From NCBI GenBank assembly GCA_964016885.1, contig OZ024747.1, positions 46,624,001 to 46,688,000 of the forward strand: a stretch of 64,000 nt of DNA, written 5' to 3'. This DNA is from Eledone cirrhosa (taxonomy: Eukaryota). The notes under the pieces were generated by a model, which worked only from the letters and a program-made list of their open reading frames with translations, did not search any database and was not told the DNA's origin. This document shows positions 26,693-40,142 of this stretch, piece by piece. Position 1 is the stretch's first letter. Each line of letters begins with the position of its first letter. The position numbers were made by a program, and so were the translations under genes.

Positions 26693-27523
26693 CATATACG
26701 TACATACATATATACAAATATGTACGTGTATGTATATACGCACGTAATTATGAATGTATGTGTATTGGATATGTGTATGTGTTTGCATATTCACACAGAC
26801 GTAAATACTCGTTATGGAAGACAGAATATTCTATTCGTAGTCTCATATTGATTTAGTGCGATAAATTAATATTGTATGTCAAAGAGACGTAAACATGTAC
26901 AACTACCATATGCTGCGATTCTTAGAAGCAGTCAATAAATTCTTTTTCAATTAAGGAATCTTCAATATAATTATTCTAAAGACTTTTGCTTGTGACGCAT
27001 TCAAAGTTAATATCAAGATTTTGATTAATCATCTAGTAGTATGGAAGACATTGGCAGAATTACTCTCAATATCTTGTTAACATATTTAGCTAGCCAAAGA
27101 CCATAAATATGTAAACAAGTGTGTAGCCAACGAAAGCAGTGGAAGTCCTCTATAGAAATTAACTACTGATACGTTTTATTACGCATTCAAAATCATTCAG
27201 CTTGTTTTAATCTGTACTGCAGGCGTAACTTATCGTAGAAGAGTGAATTGTTTATCGTTGAACTACGTATCTTTCCGTGATTATTACTAAATAACAACAC
27301 GAAAGTTGTTGATGAGGTGAAATAGTGAGAGCTAATAAAGTAATATACTCTTACGATGCAAAGGATTGTGAGTTCATATTCGCAATAATTATTCAATATG
27401 CACTTTATCATTTATTTAATTTACTGCATATATATATATATATGTCTAATGGTAGCTAAGATGCTTCCATAGGCGGTATGCCGGTTGAGCACATGAAAGA
27501 GGGTATGATCCAAAATCAATAGA

Positions 27524-27612
27524 CGTGACTGAGGAACCTGCGAATCTAGGATCAGGTAGATCCACACACAGATCGCACCTCGAGCTGTTCGCCGGGGAAA
27601 CAATTGTAACGT
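27524..27612 (+). ncRNA. Hammerhead ribozyme with long stem II, family shared with 59384-59472
   Basis: CTGAGGA-acctgcgaa...ttcgccggg-GAAA-caattg-TA. Stem I is imperfect here but perfect (gtgt/acac) in the 59384 copy. Confidence 0.6.
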
Positions 27613-27654
27613 ACAATAAATTGAGTTCCGATGCATCACTGATTTTTCGTTTTC

Positions 27655-27695
<41 letters not shown>

Positions 27696-27888
27696 GTGTG
27701 GGTGTGTGTATGTGTGTGTGTGCGTGCTTGCGTGCTAGTGTGTGTATGCATATATGTGTGTATGTATGTATCTCTCTCTCTCTATATATATATATATGTA
27801 TGTAAAAGGTAAACAAAAATAACAACACAATCGGTACAGTATAAGGAAGGTATATATTAGGTTAACGCTTGATATAGCAGGAAGAGGG

Positions 27889-27924
27889 TCTTAACGTTTC
27901 GGACACTAGTCTTTCATCAGAAGA
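27889..27924 (-). ncRNA. Minimal hammerhead ribozyme, family shared with 46628
   Basis: Minus: tctt-CTGATGA-a-agac(tagt)gtcc-GAAA-cg-TT-aaga. Confidence 0.75.
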
Positions 27925-28485
27925 AATATATCTATATATATATATATATATGTCAGTTAAGTGTGTAACTACAGTTTCATTTGGCGCGTCGTTTGAAGCA
28001 CTCAATGCTGTTACGAAGCCTGTCTTGTGTGGGTTGCATTCCAGAGTTAAGGCGGCTGTATTGTACAGATTGTAAATATTGAAAGTAGAATCGAAGTCAG
28101 TGTTGGAGCATATGTACAAACGTTATTGGTATATTACAATTGTTTCGATACAGATCAGCTCAGGGTACAAGCAAGATGACGAGGCGCGACGCTTCTTCGA
28201 CATTTCCTTTGATATGCGCTTTTACATATGTGCAATGACACATCTAATCTCATATATATATATATATAGGAAAAAGTATGACCTCGACGGCAGAGCTCAA
28301 GCCTTTTCGACGGCTATTTCTGGACTAAATTAGAATTTAATCTAATTTAGTTCAGAAATAGCCGTCGAAACGGCTTGAGCTCTGCCGTCGCGGTCATACT
28401 TTTTCCTATTACCCACTCTACTACCCTAAGTATTGAGTACTCTGGTGCGTTATGGTCCATCTGGTTCGTTACAGCACTTCCTTCG

Positions 28486-28529
<44 letters not shown>

Positions 28530-29038
28530 CAACTAGAAATTGATTAACATATAAATAAACATATGAAACAATCACGGGTGATATGGCGCATGCCTTTCTG
28601 GCATGACACCCATAATTTTGACTTAGATTAAATTCACTTTGATTTATCTTAATTTTATATATATATATATATATAAATATATGTAGGAGGTGAGTTTTAT
28701 TGTAGTACAATAAAGCAATGCAGATATCGGATAAGAAGCACTCTACAGTTTGTAGGACTGGAGTATACATAATATATAAGAACAAAAGATGGTTAAAAGA
28801 GTTCCATGTATTTTATTATGCGCATTTCAAAAACAAATATCATCATGCAATAATATTTGTGTTTTTAAAAGAGAAGAAAGGGAAGTGATAAATAGGAGCG
28901 ATATAGAATGAGTAACAAGTATTATAGAATGTATAATAACCTTTGAAATAAGGTAGAAAGATGGGTATATTTTTAAAGAAGTGTATATATATATATATGT
29001 GTGCCTTTGAGAAAAAGATTCTAAATTGATAAAGAATA

Positions 29039-29458
29039 TTAGCTGTATACTTTGTGGAATGTTTTGTGGAATTTATGCAAGCATATAGAAAACAAGTCAG
29101 TGCGTCTATTTATTATAGAATCTAAATTAGATATAATGGTAAATTTTTCATTTAGACAGAGATTGCAAATTTTGGATAGAGAACTGTTCAAGGATGAAGA
29201 CGCAGAAGAAACCTTCTTCCAAAAGATGCTATATTTAATATTTTTGTCTTTCAAGGACCATATGAGTTCTGAGAGAGCCGTGTTGGTTCTTTTAAGTTTG
29301 TATTTAAAAGACGAATGATGGTTATAAAGACGAGCTTTAAAAGAGGTGGAAGTGGAGCCAAAATAGGTGAAGGAATTGGTGTCAGTTATAACTTTACATT
29401 CGTAAATTAAGTTTTTATCAAGACAATGGTTGTTGAGAGGACATTTATTTTTAACATT
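29039..29458 (-). pseudogene. GIY-YIG endonuclease C-terminal fragment of a PLE
   Basis: Open frame KCPLNNHCLDKNLIYECKV...TYFGSTSTSFKARLYNHHSSF...LSELIWSLK...CNLCLNEKFTII...INRRTDLFSICLH. The track shows only the last 71 aa. Confidence 0.88.
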
Positions 29459-30300
29459 CTATAATACTTGTTACTCATTCTATATCGCTCCTATTTATCA
29501 CTTCCCTTTCTTCTCTTTTTCTTTTAATGTCTAACCCCTAATCTGTACCTTTTCTCACTGTTGCCTAACATTGAATCAATTATTACATAATACAATACAT
29601 TCTTACACTATATCACCTTGTAAAAATCCTTCGTAAACAAACATTTTTTTGACGTTAGATTATTCATCCTGAATTCATTTTTTTTTCTCCCTTTCATCTA
29701 ACTCATTCATGCTCATCTCACAATATATCCTTACTTAAATTACCTGTTGTTCTTTTTAATAATACATATCAACATTTTCTTTCCATCGCACATATTAGTA
29801 AACCCTTAAATATCATTCTTAATACATATTAACTTTTTCTTTTCCATCGCACATGTTATTAAACCCTTAAATATTATTCTTAATACATATTAACATTTTC
29901 TTTTCATCGCACATTTTATTAAACCCCTCAATATACAAACCTTAACTTTACATTATTTTTCTCTTCGTTAATTTTCAAATTCTTTTAATTTATACATTAT
30001 CTTCCAACGGTTTTCAACCTCTCTATGTAAAACAATATATCTTTCTCAGTTATAAAAGCTATCTCTCTCTCTCTATCACCCATCTCTCCTCCTATCTCAT
30101 CCTTCCTCATTATACTCCTCCCTCTCCACTTTTTACTCTCATCTCCTCCTCTCTTTCATCCTCCTCTCTTTCACCCCCCCCCCCCTCAAAATAAAATATT
30201 TTTCCCAATATCACACATCAATCTAAAACTACTTTTCATATGTTGATTTAAAACTGCACTATCCACAAGTGTTTTTTAACCTTCATATCATGTCTTCCTG

Positions 30301-30367
30301 TTTTATCTGATGAAAACACAAATATTATTGCATGATGATATTTGTTTTTGAAATGCGCATAATAAAA
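30301..30367 (+). ncRNA. Type I hammerhead ribozyme (PLE terminus)
   Basis: ttttat-CTGATGA-aaac-acaaatatta(ttgcatga)tgatatttgt-tttt-GAAA-tgcgca-TA-ataaaa. Confidence 0.9.
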
Positions 30368-30397
30368 TACATGGAACTCTTTTAACCATCTTTTGTT

Positions 30398-30491
<94 letters not shown>

Positions 30492-30788
30492 ACATATTAT
30501 AAAGTAAGAAGAAATATTAGCCATAAATAAATACCCATTTTTTCTTCAAAGTCCCAAGAAGATAAAATGGGTATTAATTTATGTCTACTATTTCTTCTTA
30601 CTTTATAATACGTTACATAGCTCTGATATCGAGTCAATTTAATTATTCCAATTATCTTGTCTCTCATAATCATAGAGCAACACCGGTTAAGGTCGATAAC
30701 ACAATCTCACATACTTGTGAAAAATAAATATATGTGTATATATGCATGTATATGTATGTATGCACATATTTTGTGTACCTCTCATTAT

Positions 30789-30878
<90 letters not shown>

Positions 30879-31089
30879 TATGTACACGTACATACATATA
30901 TGTATACAGACGTACAGTAGTATGTATATATATATATATATACATACATACACGCACACATATATATATGTACGTATGGATTCACCGAACATTTATTATA
31001 ATGCTCGGTGTGTTTGTAAACAAACATCCCGTATTAAGCCGTAGTGTCCAGCAACCATCGTTGCTCGTTTGTTCAACACTGACAAAGGA

Positions 31090-31132
31090 ACGCTGTACTA
31101 GTTTCAAGCTTATTAGCTATCGTCAGCAACGT
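31090..31132 (-). ncRNA. Hammerhead ribozyme, 420-nt family, intact stem I
   Basis: Minus: acgttg-CTGACGA-t-agct(aata)agct-t-GAAA-ctag-TA-cagcgt. Confidence 0.88.
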
Positions 31133-31579
31133 ATACCTTCCTGCCAGATTGTTGAACGTATATACTTACCTTATGCATATTAACGGCTGAGTAGCCCAAT
31201 TTGCATATCGAGTGGGTTAATCGGCCGGGTGCACCGAAAACGATAAACGGAAAAAATGAAACGAAATTTCATTTCCCACTCTTAGTACGGCTGTTACTTA
31301 AATATAAGTATGTACACGTACATACATATATGTATACAGACATACATTAGTATGTATATATATATACATACATGCACACATATATATATGTACGTATGGA
31401 TTCACCGAACATTTATTATAATGCTCGGTGTGTTTGGGAAATGAAATTTCGTTTCATTTTTCCGTTTATCGTTTTCGGTGCACCCGGCCGATTAACCCAC
31501 TCGATATGCAAATTGGGCTACTCAGCCGTTAATATGCATAAGGTAAGTATATACGTTCAACAATCTGACAGGAAGGTAT

Positions 31580-31622
31580 ACCTTGCTGACGATAGCTAAT
31601 AAGCTTGAAACTAGTACAGCGT
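31580..31622 (+). ncRNA. Hammerhead ribozyme, 420-nt family
   Basis: accttg-CTGACGA-tagctaataagctt-GAAA-ctag-TA-cagcgt; predicted cut after 31616. Confidence 0.85.
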
Positions 31623-31999
31623 TCCTTTGTCAGTGTTGAACAAACGAGCAACGATGGTTGCTGGACACTACGGCTTAATACGGGATGTTTGTTTACAAAC
31701 ACACCGAGCATTATAATAAATGTTCGGTGAATCCATACGTATATATATATATGTGCGTGTATGTATATATATATATACATACTACTGTATGTCTGTATAC
31801 ATATATGTATGTACGTGTACATACTTATATTTAAGTAACAGCCGTACTAAGAGTGGGAAATGAAATTTCCTTTCATTTTTTCCGTTTATCGTTTTCGGTG
31901 CACCCGGCCGATTAACCCACTCGATATGCAAATTGGGCTACTCAGCCGTTAATATGCATAAGGTAAGTATATACGTTCAACAATCTGACAGGAAGGTAT

Positions 32000-32042
32000 A
32001 CCTTGCTGACGATAGCTAATAAGCTTGAAACTAGTACAGCGT
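32000..32042 (+). ncRNA. Hammerhead ribozyme, 420-nt family
   Basis: Identical to the 31580 copy; predicted cut after 32036. Confidence 0.85.
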
Positions 32043-32307
32043 TCCTTTGTCAGTGTTGAACAAACGAGCAACGATGGTTGCTGGACACTACGGCTTAATA
32101 CGGGATGTTTGTTTACAAACACACCGAGCATTATAATAAATGTTCGGTGAATCCATACGTATATATATATATATGTGTGTGCATGTATATATATATATAT
32201 ACATACTACTGTATGTCTGTATACATATATGTATGTACGTGTACATACTTATATTTAAGTAACAGCCGTACTAAGAGTGGGAAATGAAATTTCGTTTCAT
32301 TTTTTCC

Positions 32308-32345
<38 letters not shown>

Positions 32346-32523
32346 TTAATATAGAAGAGATTCTACAGGACTAGAACTGTTTCATTCATTAGATTCCTGA
32401 TGATTTCTAATGAATGAAACAGTTCTAGTCCTGTAGAATCTCTTCTATATTAAAACTATTATACTCTGCTATGTATTGAGTACCTTACTTACTGTGGTTA
32501 CCTCCGATTCAACCCAGAATAAC

Positions 32524-32567
<44 letters not shown>

Positions 32568-35226
32568 AGTCAGGACCCCGACGGCTAGCTCCTGCCCTTA
32601 TGACAGTTAGATCCGAACTTTATATATATCTATACAAGAAGGAAGTACAGCACAATCGAAGATCTGGTTGCAGCCAAACTAACGAATGCAGTCGGGATAT
32701 ATATATATATATATATATTTATATAACTATGTCCGAATAAGCAACTAGAACGTAAACAAATAAAAACCAAACACATGTTATCCACAAACCTAAGGCAACA
32801 CAAACCATAACCTACACTAGGCCTTATCTACAAAACTGTACTGCATCAGATATAAATATGTTTCAAATATATCTTTCGAAATCCTAATCCAGCCTCGCAG
32901 CCATCTAGCAAGCACCCTTCTGCAATTAATAGTATGGGAGTCACGGAAATCATCAGATTTATTGTTTGTATTGTTTTTTTGTTGGGAGTTTAAACAGTAG
33001 TAGTGTAAGTTAAACTGTAATTGTGCGTGTATACATGCATTCATTTATGTTCTCTACGTCTATTACATTTAACAATCCAGTTCCCATACTATTTAATCTA
33101 TCGCACTTGTTTCTTTATAGCAAGTACTACATCGTAATGTATATTGCTGCATGTATACGAGTATATCCGTGTTGATTTATTAAAATTTGATATTAAAACT
33201 GTCATATCTTATTCGATTATTCTTTGCCCACAATTATAGAAAGTCCCGACTAAACTACGAAAGAAATAGTGTGTGTTTATAGATGAGTTGATATGTTGTG
33301 AGGAGCAAATAAACCTGACTTGGGAGCTGGTATGCTGTCTTTCATCTCAGAGACAAAACGAGATGCTATCAACTGCAGTTACAGACCTGAAATATGTTTC
33401 AACAGGTGAGCAGTACCTCATTGTGTCTACAACAGACCTGTCAACTCTCCCCGTCCAACGGGGAGATCTCCCACCGATTTTGGGGTGGGTGAGAGATGTC
33501 TTCTCTTGTGAAAATAAGTATACCTTTCATTATGTAAAATCTCCCAATTTTGCTTAATTTCTACTCGTTTTGGGGCACCTTTTTTCATGGTACTCCTAGT
33601 TCGTGTTTTTAGAGGTTGGTATATCTGCTACAGTATATGAATTAAACCACAATCATGCATTTCACTGTATAGGATTTGGTGAAGCAAACCATTACCAGTT
33701 GCCGTGGACTCAATCTTTTTACCTATAAAATCTTAGCTGTTGTAATGTAATCATTAGTAAGGCCTGACTCTCAATGTAACGTGTCCTTCTCTTTGCTGTA
33801 GCAATAAACAAATGTAGAAATAGAATACGTAAATAGTTCAGTATGCTATAAGATTTTTGTACATCTCCAATGAATATAGCAAACCTTTTTATTGGATTAA
33901 AAAACAAAATAAAACAACAAAACTATATGTAAGTGTGTTTTGAACCGGTGAACAACGATTAACGAACTTGATACAGCTTCAACGAGTTCTTGATTTCAAT
34001 TTACAAATAGAGGAAATGTTTCGATTGAGCACGTTCCGTTTCGACGATCCCCGCCGAACATATAGAGCTTTTGGCTAGCTCATAATGTAACTTCCATGTA
34101 GTGGTCTCTCATACTGCTAGAAATACTAGCCAAATTGGTGACAAATATTGTGGCTAATACTTATTAGAGATGACGGTTTAATGATGTTTTACTCTGGATT
34201 ATATTTATTGAAATAGGAAGAAAGATGAACAATAATTAATGCATTTTTTATCTTAACAAAATATCAACACATTGTTTTCAACAGTCAAAAAGGAAATAAT
34301 CTTTTCTATTTTGAACCGAATTCTCAGTTCATAACTTGAATATTACACAATTAAACAAGATTTTATAGGTTGTCTCCTTATTGGGTGTATTTTCCCTTTT
34401 TAAATGTAGTAGGTAAAGGATGATCTAAGTGTAAAATAATATTTACATTAATAAATACAATTGATTGGGCAATACACTAGTGACTAAAGAGCAAAGACTA
34501 ACAATACCATATATTTTATAATAATTCAACATTGAATCTTAAAACTAACTTCTAACATTCATTTTCGAAAACTAAAAACACAAAGAAACCGGCAGGGAAA
34601 CAGTAGTCAAAAATCTACTTTCTTGTCTTACCAATTGGGTAACAATAAAATGTTCTCATAAATGTATATATCTGGCAAAATCACACGAACATCTGAAGAA
34701 GATAAGATGCTCAATCGAAAAACTCTGAAAAAATCGGGAATAGATAAAATTATATGTAAGGTCTAGATTTCATCTGACTTCACAGACTAAATGCTCCTTA
34801 ACGGACCGAGAAATGCTCTATGAGAAAATTGATTCAGACAATTCATAACTACACATTTATCCATGACCACGTTTTATACACTTTCTACAAACACACACGC
34901 ACATACATACCCACACTCACAATGGCATGGACACACACACTGACACGCACAGATATATTCACACAAATATACATTCTCAGTTAGGCATACAAACACTTAT
35001 CGTGTACATGCGTTTGCTTACCTATGTGTAGTTTACATAAATATAAATAATTGTATTTTATATTACACACACATACACACACACCTATATATATATATAA
35101 CAAGTAGAATCCAGAAATAGCCGTCGAAACGGCTTGAGCTCTGCCGTCGGGGTCATAATTTTTCCATATATATATATATATATATATACATAGTAACCAC
35201 ACAGCTCCTTTCGTTTCATAACTTTT

Positions 35227-35262
<36 letters not shown>

Positions 35263-35793
35263 AATATACGTATAAATATATTCATACACACAGACATATT
35301 TATCTATATATGTGTCTGTATGTGTATTTATATTGTACATCTATATCCATCTTTCCCCCCTCCCCTCTCTCTCTATCTCTCTCTCCCTCTCTCTCTCCCT
35401 CTCTCTCACACTATATATATATATATATATTACCTGGCGATCTTGTCATGTGATTAGATAAGTTGAGATCAATGAGGAATAAAACAACACATTTGTTCTT
35501 ATTGAACATAAGCAAAGAAAGAAAACTTATTTGCTTTGCTTCTCAAAGACTGTCGTCTGGTTAAGAGGAATTATGTTACTTTATAATCAACTATGAAATC
35601 GCTTAAAAGTATATATTACCTTCATCAAAGCTGCAGCTCACTTTTATTTTATTTCATTTTTGCATTTTCGTCTGTCTTTTAAGTTTATGATACATAAATA
35701 TTGACCCGTACATGACCACAATGTGACTTCGATTTAATCGACTAGCAACATGGTATAGATTACTTCATAGAAGCCTGATATGTTGCTTGATTG

Positions 35794-35835
<42 letters not shown>

Positions 35836-35874
35836 GTGTGCGTTTGTGTGTGCGTGTGTGCGTGTGTGTGTGTG

Positions 35875-35931
<57 letters not shown>

Positions 35932-35984
35932 GTTTATATATATATGTATATATATATATGTATATATATATATAAATGTTTATA

Positions 35985-36023
<39 letters not shown>

Positions 36024-36072
36024 GTTTATATATATATGCATATATATATATATATATATAAATGTTTATATA

Positions 36073-36115
<43 letters not shown>

Positions 36116-36134
36116 ATATGTATATATATGTATA

Positions 36135-36218
<84 letters not shown>

Positions 36219-36489
36219 GCACAATACATTTCCCTTATCGTCACGTGAAATTCTATGTCTACTTGTCATAGCTTAATTGCTATAGATTATTGTTTTGTAT
36301 TGTTTTTCACTCCATTGGACACCGCGTTGACTTGTATCTGACGTTGTGACCCCGGGTGGACCAGCAGTACCGTATGTAGGGGTATATATACATTACGAAT
36401 TTTGAGGAGTCACATTGCAAAGGAAACAAAACGTAGACAAAAATGTAAACCTGTTCAGTTTAACTTCAGTTTTATCATTAGTGGATGCA

Positions 36490-36850
36490 GTGGAGAGGCA
36501 AGTGCTGTCTTCTAGTAAGTTTGTTGAAAGGTGGGTGAAAGTTGCGAGTCTGGTCCGAGTGAACGGGCCCGCTATGAGTATGCGCCTGTAGACTGAAGAG
36601 TGGAAGAACTGAGAGAGGGCGCTTGCCCTGGTGGTCAGATTGGTAGTCGTCTTTTGTGTGGTTTTCGCCACGACTGACCCTCGGAGGTTCCCCCCTATTA
36701 GGGACTTTTTGCTTGAATTTTTAAATTTATTTTTACACATTTATATTTTCTTATAACCTTTCTACATGGCCAAACCCCACTTTGTATCGTCCTGCACGGT
36801 TCTGTGCCGTCTGTAATGTTTTTCTTCTTGTTAGCCCTTGTGGCCAATAA
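36490..36850 (+). mobile_element. Tx1-like LINE 3' fragment
   Basis: ERQVLSSSKFVERWVKVASLVRVNG matches the ORF2 C-terminus at ~12460-12558; ends gtggccaataa. Confidence 0.8.
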
Positions 36851-36872
36851 CGGAAACATTATTAGTCCGGTA

Positions 36873-37095
36873 GAGGGCGATAGACTGGCAGTATCGGGAG
36901 CATGTTGGACAACATGCTTTGTGGCATTGAGTTACAGCCCTTTACCTTCTGAGTTCTAATCCCGCCAAGGTTAACTTTGCCTTTCATCCCTACTGGGTCG
37001 ATAAAATAAATTACCAGTAATACACTGGGGATGATTTAATCGAATTTCCCCCTCCCTTAACATTTCTGGCCTTATGCCTAAATCAGAATCCATTA
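36873..37095 (+). mobile_element. tRNA-derived SINE (Meta-like core)
   Basis: Same core as 20284. Confidence 0.85.
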
Positions 37096-38590
37096 TCAGT
37101 CCGGTAGTTATCCAATAACTTTTCTCCCCATTTCAATTCGGAGCCAATCAATGGTGGTGTTGATAGAGCGACTGAAGTAGTAAATACATTGTGAAGTTTT
37201 ACGCTATTTTGTTACATTGTGAAAAGATGAACTTGTTATTTCGAAGCCTCTGTTTCAAGGTCAGGCCACATAAAAAAAAAACATAACCAAAAGTATTGCA
37301 AATATCATCATCTTGTCTCTTTATTTAATCAGATAGAATAGTAGAAATGTTACAGCGCCAGATAATAGTGACTTGCAATATTTATTCCGTCTATTTGTTG
37401 TCTGAGTTCAAATCTCTTTACCTTTAATAATTTCGAGCGATTTGTTTAGATATGAGTCGCATATGAGTTCTACGATCTACTCGGTCCCCGAACGTTCGTT
37501 TTTTTCTCACTAGATATCATCCTACCTGAGGAAAGAGCCCGTAATATAGAGTGACTCATGCAGGTCACTCTTCTTCACGGTAATGCTTTCCTCATTTTGT
37601 CCACGTAGAAAACTGAGATATACCGTCTAGCTATGAGTGTAGATTCCAGTCTCCTCTTTCACCCTTCCCCCTTTCCTCTTTTTACATAATTTATTGTGAT
37701 TTACTTCTTGCCTTTGTTCTTGTTTATTATGTGAATTGTTTACATAAATGAAATGTTAATAGGAATTAATACAATTACTTATATGAATGTAACTAACGAC
37801 CCCTAGTGATACTACTTGACCATTAATTCTTTCTGCAATGCACACCCCAAAACAGTATATTTTAAAATTCCTCTGACTTTGACAAACTTACCACATTCTT
37901 CTTATGACCAGTCTGACAACATCATTTCTGAGAGTACCATTCTACATATATTTCTTCGTACCATATTCATGTCATCTCTCCGAATACAATTTCTCGGGAG
38001 TTTACCTGGAATTCGAGCCCCACTTCTTGCATCATACTCTTAGACGCTTGTCGTCCTACATGGTAGACACACGCACGCACACGCACACACACACGTATAT
38101 ATATATACACACATACTAACCGCTAGATCGTGACACATGTACACAGAGAGATATACCTGGAACAGAGATCTAATTATTCAATGCACCCCAACTGCAAAAG
38201 CATACCTTCACCATTGATAAATACGGACGCCTTGCCTCTAATATAGCAGGCTCACTCTCATTAAACAAAAAACCCTTTTTCTCTTTCACACTCTTCCCTC
38301 AACTAACTGCATTCTTATTTCTTTCCTGTTCCTGACGGAGGACTAAAGCCCGATACGTTGAAGACACTTCATTGTCCATTTCATACAAGCATAAACCTAA
38401 TAATAATTATTTGGAAGTTTTCTATGAAATTGTTTTTCATTCTTACCTCGCAATTTGTATACATATATCCACTTAAAATTTTTCTCATATATATACTGAG
38501 AAAGAAAAACAGTAAAACATGCGTAATCTTCACCTGAAACGCCAATAAAGCAATAGGTCCAATATAAGCTTATTGTTGCACTGAAATATA

Positions 38591-38707
<117 letters not shown>

Positions 38708-39060
38708 TAGAGAAGTGACACACGAGTTGATATATATATAACAGTAAAAAAGGAAAAACCAACAGAAAATGCTAAAGGGATTTTCTCTCAGAATAACAGC
38801 AAAACATTTATTTATAAAATAGGAATTTCCGGTTTCTGCTTGTATGCTTCTTCATACGATGGAAGTGTATAATGCAATTAAATTGCATATTAATAAGAAC
38901 AATAAGAATATGAGAAAAACATTTTTTCACATACATATATATATAGAGGAAAGTTCACATATTTGTCTGTAGTTTTCTTTCTTTCTCTCTTGATGTTGAC
39001 CTTAGCTGTGTCATCATTAATGGTGAAACAGCTAAAGTCAACACCAAGTTGTTCTTCCTA

Positions 39061-39127
39061 TTTTATCTGATGAAAACACAAATATTATTGCATGATGATA
39101 TTTGTTTTTGAAATGCGCATAATAAAA
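39061..39127 (+). ncRNA. Hammerhead ribozyme identical to 30301 (solo PLE terminus)
   Basis: 39061-39148 matches 30301-30388 and is followed by (TA)n. Confidence 0.9.
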
Positions 39128-39147
39128 TACATGGAACTCTTTTAACC

Positions 39148-39196
<49 letters not shown>

Positions 39197-39606
39197 CTAA
39201 TATATTCTTATTCATATGTATGTAATTTACAATACGATTTAGGTTTTATTTCATTTTATTATAGGATGTTATAACAATTTGTTCACATTTTTATGACAGA
39301 ACAATATTTCTGTTATTTAGAGTTTCGTTGCTTACTCTCTTTTAACGTTTTGGCTGAATTTTTTTTATTATTTTTCAACTTTAAATAATAATTAGACATT
39401 AATGTTTTTTTACCAACGCTCATCAAATGCTACTCTTTCAATAATTGTACTAAATATTTGAATGTCAAAATTTCCGCTAAATATATTTGTTTGCCTGTTA
39501 TTGTATACTGACATGTGGCATATGCTTCTCCTTCGATGGTATAGTCCTCTATTTCGTAATGGTTCTCGATTAATTTAGTTTCACTGAAACTGTTTTTCGG
39601 ATTTTT

Positions 39607-39748
<142 letters not shown>

Positions 39749-39754
39749 TAACAC

Positions 39755-39795
<41 letters not shown>

Positions 39796-40142
39796 TAATA
39801 ATAATGATATACCAAGCCATTATATTGACCATTTGGAAGGTATCGTTTGAAATATGAGATGTCTAGAAACACCTCTATTACATTCGCGTTATTGATTCAG
39901 TTGGTTTATGTAACAATATCTTTAGAACAATCGGCAGATATTTTGAAAGTCTGGAAGTTGTAGTACGAATGTAGTTATACATGAACACTTATCACCATTA
40001 GAGGTTATTCTAAATAAGTGAGGTTTGTTGTATATGTATGTATATGACTTTTATACATATTTTCCAGTTTCCGTATTTGGAAAACGATCGTAAAAAAAGT
40101 TACCGTTGCTTTTTAAGTGGCTTCGATAATTACATTAAATAT

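Larger units (their letters stand above)
28777..30400. mobile_element. Penelope-like element 3' region with inverted architecture
   Basis: GIY-YIG end on minus strand. Inverted repeats 28866-28935 / 29454-29520 and 28777-28865 / 30313-30400; HHR at 30301. Confidence 0.85.
30875..32312. mobile_element. 420-nt HHR-containing tandem repeat (retrozyme-like): ~1.3 inverted plus ~2.1 forward units
   Basis: Period 420 (CTGACGA at 31586 and 32006). Inverted block 30875-31435. Flanked by (TA)n; no credible ORF. Confidence 0.85.

Noticed and set aside
32341-32458. CTGATGA...GAAA inside a perfect fold-back as an intact HHR
   Set aside because: No convincing stem I after the inversion; likely a disrupted PLE terminus.
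34690-34730. CTGAAGA...GAAA motif (similar weak case at 135-170)
   Set aside because: Stems I and III cannot be formed.
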